Virus record (IMG/VR): IMGVR_UViG_3300046780_000922
Direction: 5' to 3' (one strand)
Origin: an uncultured virus (IMG/VR IMGVR_UViG_3300046780_000922)
Lineage: Duplodnaviria > Heunggongvirae > Uroviricota > Caudoviricetes
Length of the DNA: 64,000 nt
Part shown: piece by piece, positions 1 through 10,006 of the stretch
Layout: each line of letters opens with the position of its first letter
Numbering within the stretch: the first letter of the stretch is position 1
Translations under genes and position numbers: made by a program
The notes under the pieces: generated by a model
Databases searched by the model: none
Told to the model about the DNA's origin: nothing
What the model saw: the letters and a program-made list of their open reading frames with translations, nothing else

Positions 1-29
1 CGGGTGCCTCGTGTCGCGTGCCTCGCGTT

Positions 30-205
<176 letters not shown>

Positions 206-564
206 TTTCGTCAGTCCAGAAAGAGATTCCGCTAAATGGCCAGGTATCGTTCGCGGTGCCAAGGTAGCCGCTGAGCGCACGAGCAGAGTCCGAGCTCTCT
301 CGAGCGTCCACCTCGGTGGCTACGAACACATGCCCGTGCTGAGCCCGCCTGTGGCCTCTGTAGGCCGCCTCGACCTTCGCCGACCGCCTCGGACGCGGAC
401 CTGTGCGAACGAAGCTCCTGGAGGCTCTGGCGAGCACCGGCGCGGGGTTCGTTCAAGGGCACTGCTCGTGCGCTCGCTTGCTTCTGGCCCGTTTCTGGGT
501 GTACAGAGCACCGTTCGGCGATCGGTTGACGGTTTCGCCGAACACCACATCGACTCGAACTGTG

Positions 565-1062
565 ATGGAGGATCGCGTGTCGCCTGCTGAAATCGTGCTT
601 GCTCTAGGCCTCATGGCCATGCTAGGTCTGGTGACGTATCTGACCCTTCGGTCGCATCGGTCCGCCCAGGGCGCGTCCGGTAGCGGAGAGGCCGAGGTAC
701 GCGTACAGCTACCGTTACTGCCGACCTGTGCGAACTGTCGCCACTTCGATCTCGAAGAAGGTCAGGCCGCGATGGCCCGCTACCCCGCCGCGCTCGTCGC
801 GTACCAGCACATCTCACCCGCCGAAGAGGCCGAGCAGAACCGGCAGCTCGTGCCCCTCAAGGCGCGCTGGACCGAGATGGGCGCGTGTGCCAAGCACAAC
901 ATCGGTGTCTGGTCTGGCCAAGCTCGTGATGCTCGACTGCTCAAGGTCGAGGATCTCGTAACCGAGGAGCTGCCGATCGATGTGCTCCAGGAGCGCGTTG
1001 CCAAAGGCCGGCTCACCGTGCTCTGCCCCGATGGCCAGGACTGCTGGGAGCCACGCGCGTGA
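565..1062 (+). CDS. membrane-anchored Cys-motif (putative Zn-binding) protein
   Basis: N-terminal hydrophobic helix; TCANCRHF...EMGAC motif; 4-nt overlap with next gene. Confidence 0.65.
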   Translation: MEDRVSPAEIVLALGLMAMLGLVTYLTLRSHRSAQGASGSGEAEVRVQLPLLPTCANCRHFDLEEGQAAMARYPAALVAYQHISPAEEAEQNRQLVPLKARWTEMGACAKHNIGVWSGQARDARLLKVEDLVTEELPIDVLQERVAKGRLTVLCPDGQDCWEPRA

Positions 1063-1574
1063 GTGATGATCACGATCGCGAACTGCGCCAACGTGCAGCC
1101 GCAGCGCAACGCATCCCGCACTCCTATGTCGATCCGCTCACAGGTGCCCGCGTCGGGGGCTCGTTGCCGGTCGTGACGGTGAGCGAGGACGATATCCGCC
1201 GCTACGGATCGGGCGGCCACACGTGCGGCGAGTGCAAGCACTTCGAGCTCGGTCACGGCCAGGCGCAGATGGCCGCGCAAGAGTTCATGCCCAAGCTCGT
1301 TCGCGACTACGAGTGGAAGCTCCAGCACGCGTTTCTCAGCCCGTCGAACGAGATGGGCCTCTGCGGGAACGACGACATCACGCTGACCGGCGTGCTGCAC
1401 GCGGCCTGCGAGCACTTCCGCCCGCACAACGGCAAGATCAAGCGCGAGGCGAAGGCCTCCGAGCTCGAGACGATCGAGAAGAGCCGCATCGGCGCTCAAC
1501 GCATGCAGCAACGTCGCATCCGTGACTGGCGCAAGTCCGCTGGTCTCGATCGGCCCCCGAAGTTCGAACGATGA
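1059..1574 (+). CDS. Cys-motif protein, paralog of 565-1062
   Basis: TCGECKHFELGHGQAQM...EMGLC aligns with TCANCRHFDLEEGQAAM...EMGAC. Confidence 0.7.
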   Translation: MSDDHDRELRQRAAAAQRIPHSYVDPLTGARVGGSLPVVTVSEDDIRRYGSGGHTCGECKHFELGHGQAQMAAQEFMPKLVRDYEWKLQHAFLSPSNEMGLCGNDDITLTGVLHAACEHFRPHNGKIKREAKASELETIEKSRIGAQRMQQRRIRDWRKSAGLDRPPKFER

Positions 1575-1969
1575 CCATGAACACGTTCTGGGGTCTGCTG
1601 CTCCACTGGTTCTTGATGGTCTCGGCCATCATCTACATCATCACGCGCTCATCGATCGCCAGCCCACTGCGGGTGATGACCGGTATGGCGCTCGAGCGCT
1701 GGCCGGTCGTGCGCGGCTTCGTTCGCATGCTGATCTACTGCGCAGCCTGTTCCGGTTTTTGGATCGGCGCTGCATTCGCCCGCGATTGGCCATTCGAGGG
1801 CCCTTGGTGGAGTCGGATCGCCGGGTCCGCACTGGCTGCGCTCACGATCGGGAGCGTGTGGTCGAACTACTGGCCTCCGATCTATGAGTACGAGGCAACG
1901 GCTTGGGGAGTTACCCCGCCGGAGGAAGACGATGCGGCACCGCAAGAGGAGACAGAGAATGACGACTGA
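1571..1969 (+). CDS. DUF1360-like membrane protein
   Basis: Three hydrophobic segments and LIYCAACSGFWIG (CxxC-x3-W). Confidence 0.55.
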   Translation: MTMNTFWGLLLHWFLMVSAIIYIITRSSIASPLRVMTGMALERWPVVRGFVRMLIYCAACSGFWIGAAFARDWPFEGPWWSRIAGSALAALTIGSVWSNYWPPIYEYEATAWGVTPPEEDDAAPQEETENDD

Positions 1970-3761
1970 ACAGATCCAGCCGTGGCAAGAAGGCGTCCCG
2001 GTCGACAAGCTCGAGGAGCTCGCCAAGACGTTCGCGGAGGTGAAAATCTACGTGAAGCGGCGCAACCAATGGAAGAAGGTCGCCGCGGTCGCGAACATCT
2101 CCGGCCAGACGGTCTCGACGCTCGAACTGATCGACTTCGCCGAGTGGATCGCACCGCGCGTCGGTGGCGGTGATTACGAGGTCGAATGTCACAACCCGCT
2201 CGGCACGGCCCCGCGCATCCTCCTGCGCTTCAAGTGCTCGGTGGAGGGGCCGGTCACTGCTCCCGATCCGCGCATGGCGGGTGTCCCCGCGACCATGCCG
2301 CTTCCGCCCATCTCCGGCCCCCCGCTTCCCTTCCAAACGCAGCCCGCGATGAACGCGTCCTCGCCGTGGGTTCAAGGCCTCAGCCCGCAGGATCAGATGT
2401 CCTACCAACGCTCTCTCATCGCCATGCAACCACCGCAGCCGGTCGTCGTCCAGCAGCCGTCGATGCAGGCCGAGTCGTCGACCAACGCCGCACTCTACCG
2501 GCAGCTCGGCGAGGTCCAGTCGATGCTCCGCGCCGAGCAGCAGCTCACGGCCTCGCTTCGTGAGCGCCTCGAGACCGAGAAGCAGAACAGCCGCGACAAG
2601 TTCGAGACCGAGAAGGCCGCACGCGTCGCGCTCGAGGCTGACCTGCGTCGTCAACACGATCGTGATCTGGCTCAGCTCCGTCTCGAGTTCGAGACCAAGC
2701 TCGAGACACGCAGGCGCGAGCACGATCAAGATCGCAAGGAGTGGGAAGCCAAGCAGCAGCGCATCGAGGACGATCGGCGCAAGACCGAGAACGACGGGCT
2801 TCGCCGCGAGATGGAGCTCATCAAGTCCTCGAAGACTGATTCGAGCGAGGACAAGATGATGATCATGCATCGCTCGGCCGCGGAGTCGCAACAAAACTTC
2901 CTGAACATGATGCTCGGGCTCCTCTCGAAGCCGCAGACCAACGGTGCCGAGGCCATCATGCCGGTCATCATGAAGATGATGGACGCGCGAGCACCCGAGG
3001 CGCAGGCTGCCCTGCTCGGTCAGATGATGGAAAATCAAGTGACCGCGATCGGTGCAATGTCAGCGATGCTCCGTGAGCAAGCTGGCCCCGAGCCTTCGCC
3101 GTGGATCCAGATGGGCATGCAAGCGCTCGAGGGCATGAAGGGGATCGCCGCTTCCGTGATGCGCGACGGTGCGCAGAACCGGTTGGCACAGCAAAACGTG
3201 GTCCAGGCCATGGCACCGCAACTCGCACCCGGGATGCCGCAACAACAGCCGCAGCAACAGGTCGTTCAGCAACCGCAACAGCAGCCCGGGCCGTCGATGT
3301 TCAGCGCGCAGCCTTTCGATATGCCGGCCACACCGACGAACGGTCACGGCCAGCACGTCGAGGAAGCGCCACCGCTTCCCCCGATGGAGCTCTCGCCGGA
3401 GATGGCCCGCCGCGTCACCGTCGAGAGCGAGGTGGACCACATGCTCACGCTCCTACCCAAGGAGTTCCAGTCGCCGGAGTGGCGGCACATCCTGGTCGAG
3501 CTGCACCTCGAGTCCGAGGACGCGGCCGAGCTCATCGCGCGCCACATCGAGTGGCACTTCCTCTTCAAGCGTCCGCTTCCGGCCGCACTGAAGGACTTCC
3601 TCGCGAACCCCCAAGGCGCGCTCGAGGGCCTTACGCAGTGGCTCCCGATCAACACCAGCAACCCCGAGTACGTCAAGAACGTGATCGCGACGATCGTCGA
3701 GGCCTTCACGCCGGATGCCGAAGAAGAGGCCGAGGCGACCGCGCAGGCTGCCGAGGCCTGA
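1959..3761 (+). CDS. large coiled-coil, Gln/Met/Pro-rich hypothetical protein
   Basis: About 600 aa, RBS-like GAGGAG upstream, central E/K/R coiled coil. Confidence 0.8.
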   Translation: MTTEQIQPWQEGVPVDKLEELAKTFAEVKIYVKRRNQWKKVAAVANISGQTVSTLELIDFAEWIAPRVGGGDYEVECHNPLGTAPRILLRFKCSVEGPVTAPDPRMAGVPATMPLPPISGPPLPFQTQPAMNASSPWVQGLSPQDQMSYQRSLIAMQPPQPVVVQQPSMQAESSTNAALYRQLGEVQSMLRAEQQLTASLRERLETEKQNSRDKFETEKAARVALEADLRRQHDRDLAQLRLEFETKLETRRREHDQDRKEWEAKQQRIEDDRRKTENDGLRREMELIKSSKTDSSEDKMMIMHRSAAESQQNFLNMMLGLLSKPQTNGAEAIMPVIMKMMDARAPEAQAALLGQMMENQVTAIGAMSAMLREQAGPEPSPWIQMGMQALEGMKGIAASVMRDGAQNRLAQQNVVQAMAPQLAPGMPQQQPQQQVVQQPQQQPGPSMFSAQPFDMPATPTNGHGQHVEEAPPLPPMELSPEMARRVTVESEVDHMLTLLPKEFQSPEWRHILVELHLESEDAAELIARHIEWHFLFKRPLPAALKDFLANPQGALEGLTQWLPINTSNPEYVKNVIATIVEAFTPDAEEEAEATAQAAEA

Positions 3762-3934
3762 GCGTTGACAGTCCACTCGATCCGTGCTTTGCTGCGCGGG
3801 TTGGGTGACAGCTAGAGGCAGCGAGACAGCGATCGATCTGTGAGGCCAGATCGACCGACTAGAGCGAGGACGAAAATGGCGCACAGCGATGCCGGTCAAC
3901 TGCAAGCGTTGATCGAGGAGAAGGATGGTGGCGG

Positions 3935-4213
3935 ATGAGCGTGGACCTTGAAGTCATCAAGCGTGCGCTCGATGACTCGCTGAGCACACCGTGGCGCGTC
4001 GAAGAGCAGCCGCAGCATGCGCCCGATCGATGGGTCGTTGTCGGCTATGATGCCCACGTCGCCCGCTGTGTCTCCCGTCAGGAAGCAGAGATGCTTGCCT
4101 CGGCACCCACATGGCTCGCGGATCTAGTGGCCGAGGTCGAACAGTTACGGGCGCAGGTGGCCGCGCGTGAGCGCGACGATCGGGGTGGGGTTGGGCAAGG
4201 CGGGGTTAGGTAA
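3935..4213 (+). CDS. hypothetical phage protein
   Basis: ORF with TPW...WLADLVAEVEQLR pattern common in phage small proteins. Confidence 0.55.
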   Translation: MSVDLEVIKRALDDSLSTPWRVEEQPQHAPDRWVVVGYDAHVARCVSRQEAEMLASAPTWLADLVAEVEQLRAQVAARERDDRGGVGQGGVR

Positions 4214-4233
4214 GGTCAGGTGGGGTTTGCTTC

Positions 4234-4262
4234 TTGACGTTCTTCCGGCTCAGCGCTAGCGT
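4234..4262 (+). promoter_or_regulatory. putative sigma70-type promoter of the replication operon
   Basis: TTGACG-N17-TAGCGT upstream of the SNF2 gene. Confidence 0.45.
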
Positions 4263-4328
4263 GAGCGTTCTTCAGTTCGACAAGACAAGTCTAAGTCCGA
4301 TCGCCGATAGTTAGGGAGAGGCAGCTCC

Positions 4329-6077
4329 GTGACAGCTCGAGTTCGAGTATCGCGACCAGCACGCGGTTGGTTGAAGTTCGTTTGGCAGTCGCCAAAGGAC
4401 ATCGATCCGACCACGCGTAAGGCGCTCGATGCCCTCGAGCAGGTCCCCGGCGTCAAGCTCGAGGGGATGACGCTCGAAGTTCCTCATACGTACTGGGGGC
4501 ACTCTTTCAATCTGCCTGCGTGGATCGAGATGCAGGATACGTTCTCGCAGATCCGCGAACGTGGTGGCATCCCGTGGAATCATGCGCGTGGTGATCTTTG
4601 GCCGCGGGGTCGTGATCCATTTCCTTGGCAGTGGGAAGCGATCGAGTTGGCGCAACGTACCGCTTCGATGTTGCTCGCCGACGAAATGGGACTCGGCAAA
4701 ACGCTTGCAGCATCGGTCGCGGCTGAGTTCTTCGCTCGCAAGGAAGCCCCCGATCGCCCTCGGTACATCTTCGCGCCGCTCTTCACGCTCTCGACCTGGC
4801 GTCGAGAGCTCTTGCTCTCCGGCGTCATCTCGGACGAGTCCGAGCTCTGCGTGCTGTCCACGCGCGATCATCACAACCACACGTTCGATCCGGCCGCGCC
4901 TTGGTACTTCTGCCATTACGACGTGCTTCCGTACTGGGCCTCTCGGCTCGCGATGCACAAGCGCGGCAAGCCCGCCGCAGTCATCTACGACGAGATCCAC
5001 CGGCTGAAGAACCCGACTGCTCAGCGCACGAAGGCCGCGATGCTGGTGGGCTCGGGCAGCCTCTTTCGCATGGGCCTCTCGGGCACCCCGATGGACCAAG
5101 GCCGCGATCTCTTCAGTGCGCTCTCGCTCGTCACAGGCCCCTTCACCTGGGGTTCGTTCTCCGCGTACCGCGAGCGCTACTGCGGGGCCTACAACGCCGG
5201 CCACGGGCTCGTGGACGGCGGGCCAACGAACATCGAGGAGCTTCGCGAGCGCATGTCGCCGTTTTACCTCCGGCGCACCATCGAGTCCTCGGGCGCGAAG
5301 CTCCCGCCGCTCATCCGCCGTCAGGTCTCGGCCTTCCTGACTCCTGCGCAGCGCAAGAAGCACGACGAGGCCTTGGGCAAGGTCTCCATGCACGAGCTCG
5401 TGCAGGCCGTCCTCGAAGGCCGCGCTGGCAAGAAGACGCTCGAGATCCTGATGAAGGTCCGCAAGGTCACGGGTCAGGCCAAGACCGCGACGACGGTCGA
5501 CTTCGTCTCGAGTTTGCTCGAGCAGGGCGAGAGCGTGGTTGTCTTCTGTTGGCAGCCCGAGAAGGCAGAGGATCTCGCCAGTTCTTTCTTGCTGACCGCG
5601 ATCGACTCGATGGCCTCATCAACTAGCGGATCAAGAATGGGTCTTGCCTACGTTGTCCACGGCGGTGTCTCACAAGCAAATCGTGACATCACGATCGAGC
5701 AGTGGCAGCAAACTGGCGGCGCACTGATCGCCACCTACGGTGTGCTCCGGGAAGGCGTGACTCTCACGCGTGCACGCCACGTCGTCTTGCACGATCTCGA
5801 CTGGACACCCTCTGTGGTCCTGCAAGCCGAAGCTCGTGTCTACCGGATCGGACAAACCAAGCCCACCTTCTCGCATTGGGTGACGGCCGAAGACTCGATC
5901 GATACGCTGCTCGCTCGCGTGCTCTACGCGAAGGCCGAGCAGGCAAGTAAGACGCTCGATCTCGGTGAGGCCTTGGCCGCAGTAGACGAGCTCCAGCTCA
6001 AGCGTCTCGTAGAGGACGACTTCGATCCGGTCGCATGGGCTCAAGATCAACTTTCACGTTGGCGGGGTGATCTGTGA
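4329..6077 (+). CDS. SNF2-family (SF2) helicase/translocase
   Basis: DEMGLGKT, DEIH, LSGTP, QAEARVYRIGQ motifs. Confidence 0.93.
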   Translation: MTARVRVSRPARGWLKFVWQSPKDIDPTTRKALDALEQVPGVKLEGMTLEVPHTYWGHSFNLPAWIEMQDTFSQIRERGGIPWNHARGDLWPRGRDPFPWQWEAIELAQRTASMLLADEMGLGKTLAASVAAEFFARKEAPDRPRYIFAPLFTLSTWRRELLLSGVISDESELCVLSTRDHHNHTFDPAAPWYFCHYDVLPYWASRLAMHKRGKPAAVIYDEIHRLKNPTAQRTKAAMLVGSGSLFRMGLSGTPMDQGRDLFSALSLVTGPFTWGSFSAYRERYCGAYNAGHGLVDGGPTNIEELRERMSPFYLRRTIESSGAKLPPLIRRQVSAFLTPAQRKKHDEALGKVSMHELVQAVLEGRAGKKTLEILMKVRKVTGQAKTATTVDFVSSLLEQGESVVVFCWQPEKAEDLASSFLLTAIDSMASSTSGSRMGLAYVVHGGVSQANRDITIEQWQQTGGALIATYGVLREGVTLTRARHVVLHDLDWTPSVVLQAEARVYRIGQTKPTFSHWVTAEDSIDTLLARVLYAKAEQASKTLDLGEALAAVDELQLKRLVEDDFDPVAWAQDQLSRWRGDL

Positions 6078-6427
6078 CAAAACACATGAGTCAAGACGGT
6101 TTCATCGATCTCGTACCCAGCGTATTACCGCAACAGGTCTATGATGGGCGAACGTGTGCGTGGGTCGAGCTATGGGCTGAGCGTAAGGTCGAGCCGGTCG
6201 TGTTCTTGATCTCGACGAACGAGGTCGGTTGGCGTGTACGGTGGTGTCTTTACGGTTACGAGTTTGCGCGAGGGCCGCTACGCGCGGCACTCGCAGATGC
6301 AGAACGTGATCTCGTACAGCGGCCGTTACCCCTCGATGTGCCTTGCGTGAGCTGTGGTCGTGCTTGGCAGTACGATACAAAGCTTCAAGTTCGCGTGTGT
6401 ATCGCCTGTCGGGCGATGCATCTTTGA
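6074..6427 (+). CDS. hypothetical protein with C-terminal zinc ribbon
   Basis: CVSC...CIAC; overlaps the SNF2 stop codon. Confidence 0.5.
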   Translation: MTKHMSQDGFIDLVPSVLPQQVYDGRTCAWVELWAERKVEPVVFLISTNEVGWRVRWCLYGYEFARGPLRAALADAERDLVQRPLPLDVPCVSCGRAWQYDTKLQVRVCIACRAMHL

Positions 6428-6440
6428 CGAGAGACCCACG

Positions 6441-7433
6441 ATGAAACCCGCCTACAACAAAACTAGGCCTCGTGAAGACGGGCCGCTGATCGTGGCCTTC
6501 GCACCCGTGGCCGGTGACCTGCTCGATGTCTCGGGCACGATCGAGTTCTGCCGGACCGTCAACACGGGCTCTGGCTGGGGTTTCGGCAAGCTCTGGGCGG
6601 CTACAGAGCGCTGCACCGTGCCCTTCACAGGCCTCGTCTCTCAGACGTACGAGACGGCGCAGGTCACCGTGCGTGGGCGCTGGAAGGAGCATCCCGAGTA
6701 CGGTTGGCAGCTCGAGGCCTCGGCTATCATCGTGGATCTTCCGCAGGACGCGCTCGGCACGCGCATGTGGCTCGAGGAACACTTCCCGGACATCGGCCCT
6801 GTCCGGGCAGCCGCCATCGTCCGCGCGTTCCCTGGCGAGCAGCTCTGGCAGGTCATCGAGCACGAGCCCGACCGCCTGCAAGAGGTCGAGGGCATCGGTC
6901 CTGTGTTGACCAAGCAGATCGCAGACATGTACGAGTACGTCAAAGCCGAGCGCGATGTCTTCATCGGCCTCGTGGACTACGGCCTCAAGGCGACCCAGGT
7001 CCGTGACGCCGTTCGCCGTTGGGGCCGCACGACCCTCGACGTGCTCCGGGCGGACCCCTATCGGCTCGTCGAGATCGAGGTCCCCTTCAAGCAGGTCGAC
7101 TCGCTCGGCATGCGCAACGGCATCAAGCGCGACGACCCCCGGCGCATCGCAGCTGGTTATCACTACGCCATGCAGAAGATCGAGCAGGACGGCCACACCT
7201 GCACCTCGCTGAAGGCACTCCAGTCGATGGTTGCGTCAGTCGATGTGCTCGGCATCCGTCTACAAAACGTCGTCGCTGGCTGGCCCCTCAGTGAACGCTC
7301 GGCCGTCGTGGCCGTGCCTGGTAGCGCGCTCTCGGTCTGTTTCGCGTACCGCCTCGGGCAGGAGCAGGCGATTGCGCGGTTCGTTCGGTGTGCACTCGAA
7401 GTCGATCCTGGTAACGACCCGATTCAGTATTGA
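6441..7433 (+). CDS. RecD2-like helicase N-terminal part (OB-like + HhH domains), stand-alone
   Basis: GRWKEHPEYGWQL, IGPVRAAAIV, EVEGIG, DPYRL, FKQVD...DDPRRI; no Walker A. Confidence 0.85.
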   Translation: MKPAYNKTRPREDGPLIVAFAPVAGDLLDVSGTIEFCRTVNTGSGWGFGKLWAATERCTVPFTGLVSQTYETAQVTVRGRWKEHPEYGWQLEASAIIVDLPQDALGTRMWLEEHFPDIGPVRAAAIVRAFPGEQLWQVIEHEPDRLQEVEGIGPVLTKQIADMYEYVKAERDVFIGLVDYGLKATQVRDAVRRWGRTTLDVLRADPYRLVEIEVPFKQVDSLGMRNGIKRDDPRRIAAGYHYAMQKIEQDGHTCTSLKALQSMVASVDVLGIRLQNVVAGWPLSERSAVVAVPGSALSVCFAYRLGQEQAIARFVRCALEVDPGNDPIQY

Positions 7434-7436
7434 GTC

Positions 7437-7775
7437 ATGTCAACTCGTTGGTCAGAGAAAGAGCTTCTTCAGCTCGAGCGCGTCTGGTCGGTCAATGCCG
7501 ATCTCAGCGCGCTGGCGCTGGAGCTCGGTCGTAGCGTATGGGCCTGCCAGAAGATGGCTCATCGTAACGGTTTCGGTCCTCGTCGCGGTTTCACGATCGC
7601 TGAACTGGCCCGGACGCTCGGCTACGAGCGTAAGACGATCAAGAGGGCCGCGATGCGGCTTGGGTTCTACGGCCGTCGCTCCGGTGCTAAGCGCGGGAGC
7701 TGGTGGGCGCTCAGTGAGGACCAGGTGAAGCGCTTGCTTCCTCTCCTCGAGCAGACAAGGACGGTTCGGCGATGA
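7437..7775 (+). CDS. HTH DNA-binding protein
   Basis: WSEKEL...LALELGRS and TIAELARTLG helical repeats. Confidence 0.6.
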   Translation: MSTRWSEKELLQLERVWSVNADLSALALELGRSVWACQKMAHRNGFGPRRGFTIAELARTLGYERKTIKRAAMRLGFYGRRSGAKRGSWWALSEDQVKRLLPLLEQTRTVRR

Positions 7776-8155
7776 GCGATGAGGTGATCAAGGTCATCGA
7801 GGCCTGGAAGCTCGGTTTTCACCTCGGCAACACCGTCAAGTACGTCGCTCGTGCCGGTAAGAAGCCTGGTGTCGATCTGCTCGAGGACTTGGAAAAGGCG
7901 CGTTGGTATCTCGATCGAGAGATCGCAAAATATCAACAATCGTCGTATCAGGCCTCATTGAGCAGCGATTCGCCTAATCGCTGTGACAAGTTTACGCTCA
8001 ACGGCGATCGTTGTCGGTTCTTCATGCTGCACCGTGGTCCCTGTGAGGCACCGCGGCCTCGCTGTGATTGGAAAGCGCCACAGTCGTTGTCGCAATGCAT
8101 GTTAGATGAGGGACATCCTGGGCTTCACGCTGTTCAACCGAAAGACCCTGCGTGA
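7772..8155 (+). CDS. DUF3310-like protein (T7 gp1.7 nucleotide kinase family)
   Basis: GFHLGNTVKYVARAGKK...EDLEKARWYLDREI. Confidence 0.8.
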   Translation: MSDEVIKVIEAWKLGFHLGNTVKYVARAGKKPGVDLLEDLEKARWYLDREIAKYQQSSYQASLSSDSPNRCDKFTLNGDRCRFFMLHRGPCEAPRPRCDWKAPQSLSQCMLDEGHPGLHAVQPKDPA

Positions 8156-9411
8156 CCGAAGAACAACAAATCACGCTCGACGCGGATCAGCAGCGTGCTG
8201 TCGAGCTCTTCTGCGATGCGACGTTCGGCATCATCACGGGCGGCCCCGGTTGTGGGAAGACAACCATCCTCAAGCAGGGCCTTCAAGCGGCTCGCGAGCG
8301 AGCACAGCAGAACAGCAAGCCGTGGCCCAACGTCGCGCTCGCTGCACCGACAGGCAAGGCCGCCTGCCGGCTCCGGGATGCCACGGACCACCAGGCCCAT
8401 ACTCTCCACCGGCTCCTCGGCTTCGGGGGCGGTGAGAGCTTCGCCACGAGGCCGCTCGATGGGATCGACCATATCGTGGTGGACGAGGCCTCGATGGTCG
8501 ACACGCCGCTCCTGGCGGCGCTCGTGAACGCTATGGACCCGCGCTATCAGCGGCTCACGCTCGTCGGCGATGCGAACCAGCTCCCCTCGGTGGGCCCTGG
8601 CAAGGTGCTGGCGGACCTCCTCGACTCCGGCCGCGTGCCCACGGTCGAGCTCAAGACGCTCCACCGGGCAGCCCAGCAATCGTGGGTCTGTCGCAACGCC
8701 CCGCGCATCCTGGCCGGCGAGCTCGATGCTATCGACCGGACGGCACCGGACTTCCGCTTCGTGCGCACGGAGGCCGGCAAGCTCATCTCGACGCTCCTCG
8801 ACGTGTTCGAGGACGAGCTCAATGGGCTCTCGGAGATCCTCGGCTACGACGCCTCGCAGAGCGAGCTCTTCGACAACTCGCAGATCATCGTCCCTCAGCG
8901 CGTGGGCACGATCGGTGCCGATGCTCTGAACATCGCCATCCAGAACGCGGTGCAGGGTGAGGCCGCGGTCAAGCGCGGCGGTTGGAGGGTCGGCGAGACC
9001 AACAACTTCCTCGACGGTGACAAGATCATCCAGACCAAGAACGACTACACGCTCGGTGTGATGAATGGCGAGAGCGGCATCGTGAAGGGCTCGACCGAGA
9101 ACGGCAAGAAGCTCCTCGTGCGCGTGGACGATCGCGACGTCATCATGGATCGTTCGCAGTCCACGACCTGGCAGCTCGGATACGCAATATCCATTCACAA
9201 GAGTCAGGGGTCACAATGGCCCCTCGTGATCGTGGTCTGCCACTCGGCGCAGTCGCGCATGCTTGCGCGCCGTCTCTTCTACACCGCCGTGACCCGTGCA
9301 TCCAAGCGCGTCGTCATCATCGGAGATGACACCGGCTTCGAACGGGCCGTGAAGAACACACAGGACATCGAGCGTAAGACGCAGCTTGGGCGTCTTCTGG
9401 AGACGGTGTGA
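8152..9411 (+). CDS. recD: RecD-like SF1B helicase core
   Basis: GGPGCGKTT, APTGKAA, TLHRLL, DEASM, GDANQLPSVGPG, YAISIHKSQGS, YTAVTRA. Confidence 0.93.
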   Translation: MTEEQQITLDADQQRAVELFCDATFGIITGGPGCGKTTILKQGLQAARERAQQNSKPWPNVALAAPTGKAACRLRDATDHQAHTLHRLLGFGGGESFATRPLDGIDHIVVDEASMVDTPLLAALVNAMDPRYQRLTLVGDANQLPSVGPGKVLADLLDSGRVPTVELKTLHRAAQQSWVCRNAPRILAGELDAIDRTAPDFRFVRTEAGKLISTLLDVFEDELNGLSEILGYDASQSELFDNSQIIVPQRVGTIGADALNIAIQNAVQGEAAVKRGGWRVGETNNFLDGDKIIQTKNDYTLGVMNGESGIVKGSTENGKKLLVRVDDRDVIMDRSQSTTWQLGYAISIHKSQGSQWPLVIVVCHSAQSRMLARRLFYTAVTRASKRVVIIGDDTGFERAVKNTQDIERKTQLGRLLETV

Positions 9412-9710
9412 TGGCCTACCGGATCAACGTCAAGCCGCCCGATCCTCCCGAGCCTGGTCGCGCCTGGCCTCGGCCCGGCTGGTTCGGCCGCTGGTGGGGA
9501 TCTGGTTTCTGGTTGGCGCAGATGCTCACGACTATTGCGCTTCTTGCGGTTTGCGGCTGCGTGTTGATAGTTCGCACTAGCGAATCGCAATCCGTAGTCT
9601 GGGCGCAGCGTCAACAAGCTGAACAGACAGCCTGTCGCGCAGACGGCGGTCTCGTGCTGCCGGTGCACGAGGCACCATCCGCATGGGTCTGTGTCCCGAG
9701 GCGGCCATGA
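9411..9710 (+). CDS. small membrane protein
   Basis: Single hydrophobic helix; translationally coupled. Confidence 0.5.
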   Translation: MAYRINVKPPDPPEPGRAWPRPGWFGRWWGSGFWLAQMLTTIALLAVCGCVLIVRTSESQSVVWAQRQQAEQTACRADGGLVLPVHEAPSAWVCVPRRP

Positions 9711-10006
9711 GCGCGGCCGTCAAGCGTGCGCATCGCCTCGCGGCGGTCGATCCCGACTCGCTCGCGATCGGTGTGTTCTCGCAGCACGCTCACGATTGTT
9801 GCTGGTCGATCAAGAAGCCGGTCAAGGGCAATCGCATCGAGCTCTTCATCCCCGGCCACGAGTCTCGCTACACCTGCGCATTCGTGGACGTCAAAGACGG
9901 TCAGCTCCATCTGTTCTGGGTCGAGTACCTCTACGCAATCGGCGTCAAGGTGCTCGTGCTCAACTCGAACACGCACCTGCGCCGGATGGAGCGGACCCGT
10001 GGCTAA
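9707..10006 (+). CDS. hypothetical protein
   Basis: ORF coupled to neighbours. Confidence 0.5.
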   Translation: MSAAVKRAHRLAAVDPDSLAIGVFSQHAHDCCWSIKKPVKGNRIELFIPGHESRYTCAFVDVKDGQLHLFWVEYLYAIGVKVLVLNSNTHLRRMERTRG

